63,883 bases of DNA, filler included, from Octopus bimaculoides (GCF_001194135.2; 7 parts of 7 records of this genome joined end to end with filler, not necessarily neighbours in it); one strand, 5' to 3'; counted from the whole stretch's first letter, positions 12,269 through 24,860 are shown. The notes: generated by a model from the letters alone, not told the origin. Program-made: numbers and translations.

Positions 12269-12342
<74 letters not shown>

Positions 12343-12345
12343 TTA
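12208..12345. repeat. (AAT)n-(ATT)n-(AGT)n compound SSR
   Basis: Direct reading. Confidence 0.95.
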
Positions 12346-12814
12346 TAAATTATAAAAAGTTATAAAAATTATAATTACAATTATAAAAAAACTTTAATAT
12401 TTACAACTTCTGTAAATACCTATCCTTTCCTTTCTCCTTGAATATTCGAAAATTTAAACATACTTTTTTATTGTAAGACCACTAAAGTTTTCTCTGTCCG
12501 GACATACAGACGATCATCTTTAGAAAACTTTAAAATTTTAAAATCTACAATTTTCTACACTTTTCTGTGAAAACTTTACACGTCTTCTCTTTCCTTTTCT
12601 TTCTCCCTGAATTTTCGAAAATGTAAACATAACACCCTTTTATTGTAAGAACACAACAGTTTTCTCTGTTTGAACAAACAAACGATGAACTTCAGAATAT
12701 TTAGAACAGATAATATGGTGCGGTAAGTGCAGGTAGCAAGCCCGCTACGTATGCAAGACTCCAGGAGTTCCAACAAAACCTGAGTTGAAATAAGGATAAT
12801 GATAAGGCTTTCAA

Positions 12815-13172
12815 CTGTAGCACAAGGCCTGAAATTTGGGGGAGGAGGATAGTCGATTACATCGGCCACAGTATTGAATAGGTACTTATTTTATCGACCC
12901 TAAAAGGATAAACGCAAAGTTGTCCTAGACAGCATTTGAACTCAATAATAATAATAATGTTTTCAAATTTTTCCACAAGGGCAGCAATTTGAGGAGAGAG
13001 GAGCAGTAAATTACATCGACCCCAGTGTTCAACTGGTACTTATTTTATCGACACTGGTACGATGAAAAGCAAAGTCGACCTCGGCGTAATTTGATCTCAG
13101 AACTTAGCGACGTGCGAAATACCGCTAAGCTTTTCACTGGGCGTGTTAACGATTGTGCTAGCTCGCCGCCTT
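12815..13172 (-). mobile_element. Two tandem SINE family D copies
   Basis: gtacttattttatcgacc...aaagtcgacctcggcgtaatttgatctcagaac is the reverse complement of 58351-58560. Confidence 0.85.
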
Positions 13173-13174
13173 TA

Positions 13175-13175
13175 T

Positions 13176-13270
<95 letters not shown>

Positions 13271-13352
13271 CGACGACAACGACGACGACGACGACGATGA
13301 CGACGACGACGTTGATGATGATGGTGATGATGATGATTATGATGATGATGAT
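13175..13352. repeat. (AAT)n-(GAT)n-(GAC)n compound SSR
   Basis: Direct reading. Confidence 0.95.
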
Positions 13353-13354
13353 AG

Positions 13355-13475
13355 CCAGCAATTTCCGGGGAGGGAATAAGTCGATTACATCGACACCAGT
13401 GTTTAACTGGTACTTAGTTTATCGACCCGACAGGATGAAGGGCAAAGTGAACCTCAGCGTAATTTGAACTGAGAA
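13355..13475 (-). mobile_element. SINE family D
   Basis: gtcgattacatcgacaccagtgtttaactggtacttagttt matches the family D copies. Confidence 0.8.
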
Positions 13476-13552
13476 CTGAGAGAAAATTTTGGCTCCCCAA
13501 AATTTCAGACCTTGTGCCTTTAGTAGAAAAGATTATTATTATCATTATTATG

Positions 13553-13612
<60 letters not shown>

Positions 13613-13616
<4 letters not shown>

Positions 13617-13790
13617 GTTTTGCTTTTGCTTTGTATTTGTACAAGTTGACTCCAAGTCTCACCCACAGACCTCAAGATACAAGTTAGAAGTTCAAGTTGG
13701 TATTATGACTAGGGTACCATATATTTGGTTTTGCACAGAGTATTGTTGTAGAGAATGCCTGTCAAAACATAAGTAAATTAGAAGCTGATT
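13613..13790 (-). mobile_element. Putative LINE 3' UTR fragment (same family as 12020-12210)
   Basis: Reverse complement similarity to 12080-12210; (AAT)n tail at 13530-13612. Confidence 0.6.
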
Positions 13791-13934
13791 TTAAAAGTAA
13801 TTTAATTATAAAATGATAGTCTGGTGTTATGATCACAGTAAAAGGTATTTGTTGTTAGGTACATTTAAAAATATTTTGATACTATTTACCGATTAAAAAT
13901 TAAAATATTTTTGGAATTATTATTATTATTATTA

Positions 13935-14400
13935 TTCAGTAATCTTATTTTTATCACGTGCTTTCGCTGCACTACCGACCGCAGCTCTGTGTGCCTTGGG
14001 TATTTGCTGTGGTTTGTTGTGATGCTCTTATTTTTACTGTATTGAAAGTGTTTTACGTAGGATGTGCACGGTGCCCAGTAGTGCTATGTTCTGTATGTTA
14101 TATATACCTGTAAGTCCTGGTGTTTCTGTTATGTGTTTGTCTGAATGCCTTTTTATCATACCAAATGCACCTACTATGATGAGAATTGTTTCTGTTTTTA
14201 TGCCCTACATTCGAGTTAACTCGATTTCCAGAGAAACAGTTATCTGTTGGTATTGATACATCGATTAGAAAGCATGGTTTTTCTTGGGGATCTCTGACAA
14301 CTATATCTGGCCTATTGGCCTCAAATTTATCTATCTGTGTGTATTGGCATATCCCAGAGTATGGTTGATTGCTTATTTTCTGTGATCTTTTCTAGTGCGT
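13935..14400 (-). mobile_element. R4/Dong-clade LINE, restriction-like endonuclease (RLE) C-terminus plus 3' end
   Basis: Minus translation TILWDMPIHTDR..ANRPDIVV.D....CFLIDVSIP...IIVGAFG...ALLGTVHILRKTL; (AAT)n on both flanks. Confidence 0.85.
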
Positions 14401-14403
14401 GCC

Positions 14404-14457
<54 letters not shown>

Positions 14458-14624
14458 CATTACTATTATTATTAGCCAAGACAAAGAGTGCGATTCGATT
14501 GTACAGATATTTTGTATAGATATAATAATAAAATAAAATAATAAAATATCTATTACAATCGAATCGCGCTCTTCGTCTTGACTGTTTACCTTCGTGAAGA
14601 GTTACGTCAATTCTTTTTAAAATA

Positions 14625-14737
<113 letters not shown>

Positions 14738-14744
14738 TACACAA

Positions 14745-16860
14745 TAGATTATACTGTTGGAAAAGAAAAGTTCCTAACATCGGATTACAACAAACAACCT
14801 TCGACGCCAAGAGCCCTCCTAAGTATCCTAGCAATCCCTAATAACACTGTCTTCTGGAGCTGTACTAAACTGTGATGTCAGAGGTGCGAGAGCATGAGAG
14901 GAACCTAGTTTCAATGTGGCTAGACTACAAGAAAGCCTTTATCTCTGTTCCCCACTTATGGCTACTAGAAGTCCTCTAACTTGCTAAAGTTCCAGTGAGG
15001 ATAGTCAAAGCCATAGATGACCTGACATCCTCGTGGGCCACCATCTTGAAATTGAACACAAAGAGTGACTATATTACCATTGATAGTATACAATATCGCA
15101 AAGGCATATTCCAAGGAGACAGCCTCTCTGTGGTGTTGCTTATACTTTCTGTAAACCCTTTGTCATTCATGATAAGGAAATCTGAAGAATATCACACTGG
15201 TTCACAAAGAAACAGAAATACCAAAGTTACAGTGTTTCTTTGTGGATGACTTAAAACTTTATGCAAAGAATATGCACGAGATGAAAAAGAGCCTTGACCG
15301 AGTTACAATATTCTCAATGGATGTAGGATGGGAGTTTGGTCAGGATAAATGTTGTTATATGGCTGTGGAAAGGGGGAAACTATAAACCAGATTAGTAACA
15401 TCTTCATCAATGATTTGACTGTTTCCCCTGTGTCTGACGAGGAATGTTACAGGTATTTAGGGGTGGATGAAAATATATCATATAATAGCACCTGTAACAA
15501 AACAAGTGTCACTAACGAATATTACAGCCGAATAAAGAAAATTTGAACCCCAGAACTCTCTGCATTCAGTAAAACAGTGGCCCACAATGTGTTTGCAGTA
15601 CCAGTACTCATATCAACATTTAGGCTGCTTCAGTGGTTCAGTGAATGCTTGATGATATCCGAGCCATTGATGTGTAAACCCAAAAAATACTAACAAGCAC
15701 ACATAATTTCCATATAAACAGTGATGTAGACTGCCTCTACCTAAAATGTTAACAAAGCGGCAGAGGCTTAACATCGATCCAAAATACCTTTGAATGTCGC
15801 ATCATATCCCTTCGGCAACGTCTTTTAACCACCAAGTGTTGAAGTGCATCCCTTGACCAAGTTTGCATATATGAGGTCGACAACATCATAAGACTTGGAA
15901 GGCAGCTCCTTGAGCAACACTCTTCGTCTGATAACCTAGAATATATGCCCAAAGAAGTCGCACGACTCTACCGCAACACATCATCAGATGAAAGGATGAG
16001 CATCTATGAGAGGAAGAATATGTATGGATATGTCAGTAGAAAGCTCCGTGATGATAGTAACATCAGTCATCAACGCAGTCTAACATGGACCCACTTTGAA
16101 GGGTATGCGTTTGCAATCTAGGAACAGGAAATATCAACCAAGTACCTGATCCACAAAAGAGATAGAGATACAGGAAAAGCCGTAACATGTGACAACAGAT
16201 GCAGATTTTGTGGAGATCACACTGAAGATATCACCCATATCATAAGCAGTTGTCTGAAAATGTCATCACGGTATTATCTACCGAAGAGACATGACCTTGT
16301 AGCTAGGACACCCTATAATGCAATCCATCGGAAGGATAATCCAGAGGACAAAGAAATAAAAACCCACAATATGGTAGAAGGCATAACCACTCATAATAAA
16401 AAGGAATACTGATGGAATGTCCCAGTGAAGACCTCAATAAAATGTAAGTTTTGGGATAGAGAAGAGGAACTGTGCACAGTTGTGGAAATTAGCTGCCCAG
16501 CGGATGTTGACATAGAGCTGAAGATCAGTGAAAAGAGAACACCTATGTTGAACTATTGAGAAATCTGCAGTTACTCTATTCAGATTACAAGTTCAGGTTT
16601 ATACCTGTAATTATTGGGACCCTGGGATATGTAACGCACTGCCTAAATACCAATGATGAGAAATAAGACTTCTCAAAACCAGAAAGGACAAAGCTAATTT
16701 CGAAGACTACAGATTCAATCCATTACCGGAATTGTAAAAATCTGTACAATTTTCCAGAAGTTTATCATTTAAATATATATGAGCATGTCAATATATGCAA
16801 CTATATGCATCAGAATGCATACATAAAACATATACATCTGCACATACATATATACAAGCA
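14745..16860 (+). mobile_element. R4/Dong-clade LINE, 5'-truncated, RT plus CCHC plus RLE, frameshifted
   Basis: WLDYKKAF-SVPH, GIFQGDSLS, DDLKLYA, CRFCGDHTEDITHIISSC, RHDLVA, VVEISCP, FIPVIIGTLG; followed by (CATA)n. Confidence 0.9.
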
Positions 16861-17090
16861 TACATACATACATACATACATACATACATACATACATACA
16901 TACATACATACATACAAACAAACAAAAATACCCTGTTCTGATGTTGCAATTCCAATGAAGGAACCTTGGATCTCGATTAGGAAACGGTTCTCTCTCTTTT
17001 GGCAAGAAATCTTGAAATAAACGGAATAATGACGTACGTACATACATACATACATACATACATACATACATACATACATACATACATACA
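16855..17090. repeat. Two (CATA)n arrays separated by a ~120-bp unique spacer
   Basis: Direct reading. Confidence 0.9.
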
Positions 17091-17094
17091 TAGA

Positions 17095-17230
17095 AATACC
17101 TATGTGACAATCTGGATAAGCAACGGTTTTCAGAAAAAGAAACCAGCCAACTAATTCACACATTGCAGTTACAATCTGTAAATGGAAAAGTAAAAATATG
17201 CAAAACTTTTCTGAAGTTTAAAATGTGAAA
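17095..17230 (+). mobile_element. C-terminal fragment of a second R4-like subfamily
   Basis: FSEKETSQLIHTLQLQSVNGKVKICKTFLKF parallels FSKPERTKLIRRLQIQSITGIVKICTIFQKF at ~16670-16765. Confidence 0.6.
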
Positions 17231-17965
17231 TTGGTTTTGTTATCAACATTCGAACGACAGAGCTCTTCGTACTTTTGTCAAAAACCAGTTATTTCCGCAA
17301 AGTAAGATTTCAAATGATTAAAAATAGAAGACAACATACATGCATATGTGTCTAGATGTGTATATATCTGGGGCGTGTCGTGTGTATGTAGGTAATTTTT
17401 AGATCAGTCATGAATAAAAAAAAAAAAATAATAATTTTGAAGACACGGAATCAAAGAGCGATTTTCGTGCTGTACAAGACATATGTACTTGCATTTACAT
17501 TCAAATTTTATTATAAATACAAATATTACATACTTAGCATAATCCTATATTTGTCTGAAAATTATTTACTTATATGTATCCGCACAACCACCTCGCATAT
17601 ACATACATACAAAACTACATACATACATACATACATACATACATACATACATACATACATACATACATACAAACACACATATATATAGACTGACGTATAT
17701 ATTCATATATATATCTACATTTATACATTCGTATACACATACACATATACATTTATATGACGGTGCGTAGAGTTTATAAACATGACAAAAAATGTAAGCA
17801 CTCAATACAATACAAGTGAGTAAATATTTAATAGAGAACTAAGATTTATGTCATTCATTACTACTTTGTTTACGGCTGGGAGATGCAGTAAAGTGAAAAA
17901 ACTGTAGGGTATTGGATAATATTTCAACAGAGTGTGTGTGTATATATATATATACATATATATAT

Positions 17966-18065
17966 NNNNNNNNNNNNNNNNNNNNNNNNNNNNNNNNNNN
18001 NNNNNNNNNTTAATTAATTAANNNNNNNNNNNNNNNNNNNNNNNNNNNNNNNNNNNNNNNNNNNN
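17966..18065. other. 100-bp scaffold join (44 N + TTAATTAATTAA + 44 N)
   Basis: Identical construct seen six times. Confidence 0.95.
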
Positions 18066-18100
<35 letters not shown>

Positions 18101-18214
18101 CAGAAATCTGTAGGATAATTGGTGATAGGCCGGACATCCTTCTTCTGTTGTGTGCATGCTTAAATATACATACATCCATACATACATGTATATATGTATA
18201 CATACATACATGTA

Positions 18215-18330
18215 TGTATGTATAGGCCCAGGCATGACTGTGTGGTCAGATCCTTGCTTCCCAATCTTATGGTTCCATAGAAGACACTTGCCCAAGGTAC
18301 CATGCAGTGGTACGCTGGTCAAGTGTCTTC
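18215..18330 (+). mobile_element. SINE family A head fragment
   Basis: ggcatgactgtgtggt...cttcccaatcttatggttcc. Confidence 0.6.
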
Positions 18331-19454
18331 TGCTGGAACCTTGGCCCTGTGTGTATTTCAAAAAGCTATCATGACAATACCCAGATGCAAATCTTTATTT
18401 TTTATTCAAATATCTTAACAATTTATTCATATTTTTCCTTTCTTTTCCTCTTCAAGTGTTTTCCTTTGTCTTCTTCTTCTTCTTCTTGTCGGCCACTTCT
18501 CCACTTTCAGTGCAGCCAACAATGGCTACCGAGATATAAATGCAAGCAATCCAAACATTGGCACTCGTATTTGCCAAGGCTTCTCTCTAATTTTGCTGGC
18601 TTATTAAACATTTCATTAACGGCAAAATCAACACGCAGCAAAACCCAAATAAAGAAGACTTATTAAAATTTCTCTCTTCTTGGCCAATTATCTTCCTCTG
18701 TCACTTATTTCCCTATCTTCATTCCATTCATTGCATATACATACACATACCCACCCATCCACACACATACGCACATATATACATATATATATACTCACTC
18801 ATGTACACGTCTATATACAAATGAAATTGTATATGTGTATACATATATATATATTATTATTTATATATGTATATACACACATTTATGTATGTATATATAT
18901 GTATGTATGTGTATATATGTATGTATGTGTATATATGTATGTATGTATATATGTGTGTGTGTATATGTATGTATATATATTTATGTATGTGTGTGTATGT
19001 ATGTATATATATTTATGTATATGTGTGTATGTATGTATATATATATATGTATGTGTATGTATGTATATATATGTATGTGTGTGTGTGTGTATATAAAGCA
19101 GCACCAGTGCCAATCTGTGACGAAGAATAAACCAATTCCAAGTTAGTTAAAATATGTTTGCAATGTATTTCAACTTTTGAAGGCAAATTTGTGACCGTTA
19201 CCATGGAGCAAGTTTCTCTTTTGGTAAAAGGTGTAAGAACACCATATCTGCCTGGTGCTTCCCTCTAGTGGATTCTCAGACACATGTTTCTGGTTCTTTG
19301 GACCAACATTTTCGGTTGAAGCTATGGCTTTGAATCTGCCCAGAGTTATCATTCTTTGATATTTCACATTGAGGACATCTAAATAATTGGGAGATGGAAT
19401 CCAGGCAACCAAGAATTGTCTAAAAAGCAATGTAATGGGTGAACTAATGAAAGC

Positions 19455-19620
19455 AGAGACGGCTGTGTGGTTAAGAAGTTTGATTTGCAACCATGTGGCC
19501 TTGGGTTCAGTCCCACAGCACAACACCTTGGGCAAGTGTCTTCTACTCTAGTCCCAAGACAACCAAAACCTTAAGTGAATTTGGTAGATGGAAACGGAAA
19601 CTGAAAGAAGCCTGTTATGT
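19455..19620 (+). mobile_element. SINE family A 5' half
   Basis: ggctgtgtggttaagaag...gggttcagtcccac...ccttgggcaagtgtcttctac...gaaactgaaagaagcc. Confidence 0.85.
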
Positions 19621-19634
19621 GTGTGTATGCCACA

Positions 19635-19810
19635 AAAATTACCCAGCACACTCTGTAAAGTGATTGGCAATTAGGAAGGGCATCCAGCCATAGTAACCAT
19701 GCCACAACAGACAATCAAGAGTCTGGACAGCTCCCTGGCTAGCCGGCTCTTACCAAACCATCCAACCCATGCCAGCATGGAAAGTGGACGTTAAACGATG
19801 ATAATGATAT
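19635..19810 (+). mobile_element. Family F (RTE-type 3' end) fragment
   Basis: ttaggaagggcatccagcc...ccatgccagcatggaaagtggacgttaaacgatgat matches 38180-38325. Confidence 0.8.
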
Positions 19811-20293
19811 ATATAAACCTAAATACACACACACATATAAACATATTGGATATTGTAGGTCCAGATATAGAAATAGTTGTGATGGTCATGAGTGGAATAG
19901 CTTTGATCAAACATTGGCTGGATCAGGGCTGGCATGAGCCCAAACATGTGTAGCGGTGGTGGTGGTGGTAGGTAGCTTTACTTAGATGTATCGTACAGGC
20001 TTTGTGAAATTAATTTTAATAAAATTGCTTCTAAACAGAGTGAATTTAATTAAATCTCACAGATTCACAACTGTTTATTCACCAACAACACAGTAGCTGA
20101 GACGTTGTTATTGTTGGGATGTTGTTGTTGTTGTTGGTGGTGGTGGTGTTTTTATTGTTTGTTTTTTGTTGTTGTTTCTGTTCTTCAAAATTCATTTATA
20201 TTTTATCTACCTATGTGTATGTGTATATGTGCATGTATGAGTATGTATGCGTGTGTGTGTAAGTATGTATGCATGTGTATATGTATATATGTG

Positions 20294-20365
<72 letters not shown>

Positions 20366-21522
20366 NNNNNNNNNNNNNNNNNNNNNNNNNNNNNNNNNNN
20401 NNNNNNNNNNNNNNNNNNNNNNNNNNNNNNNNNNNNNNNNNNNNNNNNNNNNNNNNNNNNNNNNNNNNNNNNNNNNNNNNNNNNNNNNNNNNNNNNNNNN
20501 NNNNNNNNNNNNNNNNNNNNNNNNNNNNNNNNNNNNNNNNNNNNNNNNNNNNNNNNNNNNNNNNNNNNNNNNNNNNNNNNNNNNNNNNNNNNNNNNNNNN
20601 NNNNNNNNNNNNNNNNNNNNNNNNNNNNNNNNNNNNNNNNNNNNNNNNNNNNNNNNNNNNNNNNNNNNNNNNNNNNNNNNNNNNNNNNNNNNNNNNNNNN
20701 NNNNNNNNNNNNNNNNNNNNNNNNNNNNNNNNNNNNNNNNNNNNNNNNNNNNNNNNNNNNNNNNNNNNNNNNNNNNNNNNNNNNNNNNNNNNNNNNNNNN
20801 NNNNNNNNNNNNNNNNNNNNNNNNNNNNNNNNNNNNNNNNNNNNNNNNNNNNNNNNNNNNNNNNNNNNNNNNNNNNNNNNNNNNNNNNNNNNNNNNNNNN
20901 NNNNNNNNNNNNNNNNNNNNNNNNNNNNNNNNNNNNNNNNNNNNNNNNNNNNNNNNNNNNNNNNNNNNNNNNNNNNNNNNNNNNNNNNNNNNNNNNNNNN
21001 NNNNNNNNNNNNNNNNNNNNNNNNNNNNNNNNNNNNNNNNNNNNNNNNNNNNNNNNNNNNNNNNNNNNNNNNNNNNNNNNNNNNNNNNNNNNNNNNNNNN
21101 NNNNNNNNNNNNNNNNNNNNNNNNNNNNNNNNNNNNNNNNNNNNNNNNNNNNNNNNNNNNNNNNNNNNNNNNNNNNNNNNNNNNNNNNNNNNNNNNNNNN
21201 NNNNNNNNNNNNNNNNNNNNNNNNNNNNNNNNNNAGGAAAATGAAAAAAAGCCAGAATGCTGAACTGGAAGCATTCATTTTCCCATTTTTTTCATTTTTT
21301 TCATTTTCCTATTATTTCTCCACGTGCGGTTAACACAACCCCACTATTTACTGACTTATATATATATATATATATATATATACAAATTTAGTAAATGGAG
21401 TAAACCGCATATGTTAAATGAATTCTTTTATTTCTAACATATATTTCGAAGATTACAAATTGTACCTTCCAAAGGAATAGGTGATGTTGATAAGGATGTA
21501 ATCTTCTCTTCAGAAGAGGGGG

Positions 21523-21660
21523 TGCCAAAAGGTTCCTGGCTTTAAGGATATCATGAAGGGTCTGGCTGGAGGCCCAACCTTCTGAGTTCTTTTACAGGGC
21601 TTAGAAAACCTGAGGGATTGCTGCGAAAAGCATTTGAATTTGAGAGGGGAATATGTTGAA
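21523..21660. mobile_element. Possible mariner-type TIR/MITE fragment
   Basis: gagggggtgccaaaaggttcctggctt resembles mariner termini (acgagggg...aaaagt); no partner TIR found. Confidence 0.3.
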
Positions 21661-21995
21661 TAAAAATCATAATCAACTGATCCTCCTCTGTTTTCTTCTA
21701 CCCCCAAACACCCCCTTGTATGTATTGAAATGTTCTTTCAAATGAGACAGAGAAACAGTTGACCTTTGCTTAGATCTCCATCGAAATTCCTGCTGATCCA
21801 GCTTCCAATGAAAGGATTCAACAAAATAGATTTGCTCTCCAGTTTTTTGTTTGTTTTTTGTTTTTTTTGTTTTTTTTCGTTTTGTATTCTAAACATTTGA
21901 ATAGACTGCAAAGCAATATATCCAAGACGAGAATGGAACTGGAGATTCTGTTGCAAAAATGTTTCCATAATTACATCATAAATTCATTTATGATC

Positions 21996-22028
<33 letters not shown>

Positions 22029-22139
22029 CAGAATTTTTACCACTGAATCTCCAGTTTCACTCTGATTTGGATGTGTGTATGTGTGTGTCTATGTATTTGT
22101 GTGCGTGTATATGTATATGTGTATATGTGTATGTTTTAC

Positions 22140-22325
22140 TGCTTATCAAACAGTATTGGAATATTTGTGTCTCTATAACTTAGCAGTTCAGCAAACAGAG
22201 AGAGATCAATAGAATAAGTAGCAGGCTTAAAATAAATGTTGGTGGAAGTTTAATCAACTAACACCCTTGAAGGCAGTGGTGCTCCAGCATGGTCGCAGTT
22301 AAATGACTGAAACAAATAAAAGAAT
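22140..22325 (+). mobile_element. SINE family A 3' half, diverged
   Basis: gaaggcagtggtgctccagcatggtcgcagttaaatgactgaaacaaataaaagaat. Confidence 0.8.
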
Positions 22326-22837
22326 ATAACACCCACCCCCACAACCCCCCATACACACACACGCACACGCATGCATAAACACATCCCTAACCCATCACAT
22401 AAAGCCCAGCTTCCCTCCCTGTTCCCACCCCCAACCCCCAGTCTCTGATGTCAATCAGACAAACAATCAACCCCCTCTCCCCACGCCGTCTCCCTTTCCC
22501 AACATCCCCACCTCCTCCACCACCACCACCTCCTCCTCTGCATCGCTCTCCTCCTCCTCTTTTCTTTCTTTTCTTCATCTTTTTAATTATTTAATTTATT
22601 TGAAAATTATCACCAGGTCTTCCACACTTCCAAATCCTTTCAGCTTGCCCGCCTCCTCAATTCTGTCTACTCCACCCGCCTCCCTCTCTTCATATCCACC
22701 ACCACCACCACCAGCAATCCTCACTGTCAATTACAACCACCACTTTGTTCAGCCTGCTAGAAATAGCAGCCAGTTCTATCTCCCCAAGACCACACATCTT
22801 AATTTCAGACAAAAGTATTGGACACAATGCAGCAAAC

Positions 22838-23010
22838 CATGATGTGGCCATGTGGTAAGAAGTTTGCTTCCCAACCACATGGTTCCAGGTTCAATCCCAC
22901 TGCATGGCACCTTGGGCAAGTGTCTTCTAATATAGCCTCGGACCAACCAAAGCTTGTGACGGGATTTGGTAGATGGAAACTGAAAGAAGCCCATCGTATA
23001 TATATATATA
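22838..23010 (+). mobile_element. SINE family A 5' half running into an SSR and then a gap
   Basis: tggccatgtggtaagaagtttgcttcccaaccacatggttccaggttcaatccc...gaaagaagcccatcgtatata. Confidence 0.88.
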
Positions 23011-23928
23011 TCTATCTATCTATTTATCTATCTATCTGTCTATCTTTCTATCTGGCTATCTGCCTGTCTGTCTGCCTCTCTCTCTCTCTCTCNNNNNNNN
23101 NNNNNNNNNNNNNNNNNNNNNNNNNNNNNNNNNNNNNNNNNNNNNNNNNNNNNNNNNNNNNNNNNNNNNNNNNNNNNNNNNNNNNNNNNNNNNNNNNNNN
23201 NNNNNNNNNNNNNNNNNNNNNNNNNNNNNNNNNNNNNNNNNNNNNNNNNNNNNNNNNNNNNNNNNNNNNNNNNNNNNNNNNNNNNNNNNNNNNNNNNNNN
23301 NNNNNNNNNNNNNNNNNNNNNNNNNNNNNNNNNNNNNNNNNNNNNNNNNNNNNNNNNNNNNNNNNNNNNNNNNNNNNNNNNNNNNNNNNNNNNNNNNNNN
23401 NNNNNNNNNNNNNNNNNNNNNNNNNNNNNNNNNNNNNNNNNNNNNNNNNNNNNNNNNNNNNNNNNNNNNNNNNNNNNNNNNNNNNNNNNNNNNNNNNNNN
23501 NNNNNNNNNNNNNNNNNNNNNNNNNNNNNNNNNNNNNNNNNNNNNNNNNNNNNNNNNNNNNNNNNNNNNNNNNNNNNNNNNNNNNNNNNNNNNNNNNNNN
23601 NNNNNNNNNNNNNNNNNNNNNNNNNNNNNNNNNNNNNNNNNNNNNNNNNNNNNNNNNNNNNNNNNNNNNNNNNNNNNNNNNNNNNNNNNNNNNNNNNNNN
23701 NNNNNNNNNNNNNNNNNNNNNNNNNNNNNNNNNNNNNNNNNNNNNNNNNNNNNNNNNNNNNNNNNNNNNNNNNNNNNNNNNNNNNNNNNNNNNNNNNNNN
23801 NNNNNNNNNNNNNNNNNNNNNNNNNNNNNNNNNNNNNNNNNNNNNNNNNNNNNNNNNNNNNNNNNNNNNNNNNNNNNNNNNNNNNNNNNNNNNNNNNNNN
23901 NNNNNNNNNNNNNNNNNNNNNNNNNNNN

Positions 23929-23967
<39 letters not shown>

Positions 23968-24419
23968 CTGTGTTCCCAATTCTCCACTCTCTTCCCTTAT
24001 AATAACCTTCACCAAGACACTCCGGGGCTGGTGTCGTCATCGTCCACCACGGCGGCCAGTCCTCTCTTTCTCACTGAAACACACAAAGAGTGACAACATC
24101 AACATCCATCGTCTCTAAACACACTTTCCCGTCCACAAGCAGCATCCAAACATGGCTGACTTGTGGAGTTATGGCAAATAGCTGGGATAAACAATGACAT
24201 TGGATAATGTATTCCAAGATACACTTGTGTCTCAAAAAGTTGGCATGGTCATCACTAATCTAATCCAGCAGACCCATGGTTGGGCACCAGTTCTATCTGT
24301 TGAATGTCCACTTATAAGGCTTGAGAGAGATGCAACCTAAGGTGCCGTGAAGTGGGTGGAATTGAACCTGTGACCTTATGACTGAAAATTGAACTTTCTA
24401 ACCATTTGGGCATTACACT

Positions 24420-24560
24420 TTACTTCTGGCACTCCTTTGGTTACAATGGTGAGGGTTCCAGTTATTCCAATCAACAGAACATCTTGCTCGTGAAGTTAAC
24501 GTGCAAGTGGCTGAGTACTCCACAAACTTGCATGCCCTCTGGGAAGAGGTTGTTTGTGTT
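24420..24560 (-). mobile_element. SINE family B fragment
   Basis: ggcactcctttggttac...gctcgtgaagttaacgtgcaagtggctgagtactccac. Confidence 0.75.
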
Positions 24561-24721
24561 AGTCTGGCCTCTGTCCTTTGACCTCTCCAGCCTGGGAGGC
24601 CTTGGCATGGCTTTCATTGTCAATGAGGCATACAAGCCACCACACCACAACAAGGACTGGACCTCATGGTGGACATACATACATGCAGTCACACACATAC
24701 ACACACATATGCATTATATAA

Positions 24722-24860
24722 TATGGCCTAGTGGTTAGGGTATTGCACTCCAGATAGATTGTGGTTTCGATTCCCAGACCAGGCCATGCACTGTGTCATT
24801 TTGCATTGCTCTCCAATCAGTTTCACACCTGACATGGGACACTCGTGGCACCTCTGCGAA
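24722..24860 (+). mobile_element. SINE family C (tRNA-like head), diverged
   Basis: tggcctagtggttagggt...ggtttcgattcccagacc; A-box and B-box spacing. Confidence 0.55.

Noticed and set aside
16935-16995. ccaatga...ggaaacggtt in the R4 3' region, loosely hammerhead-like
   Set aside because: Two core bases are wrong and no convincing helix I or II forms.
19183-19232. Possible 50-nt plus-strand exon (QICDRYHGASFSFGKR)
   Set aside because: Splice sites are plausible but there is no recognisable homolog; such matches are expected by chance in 64 kb.
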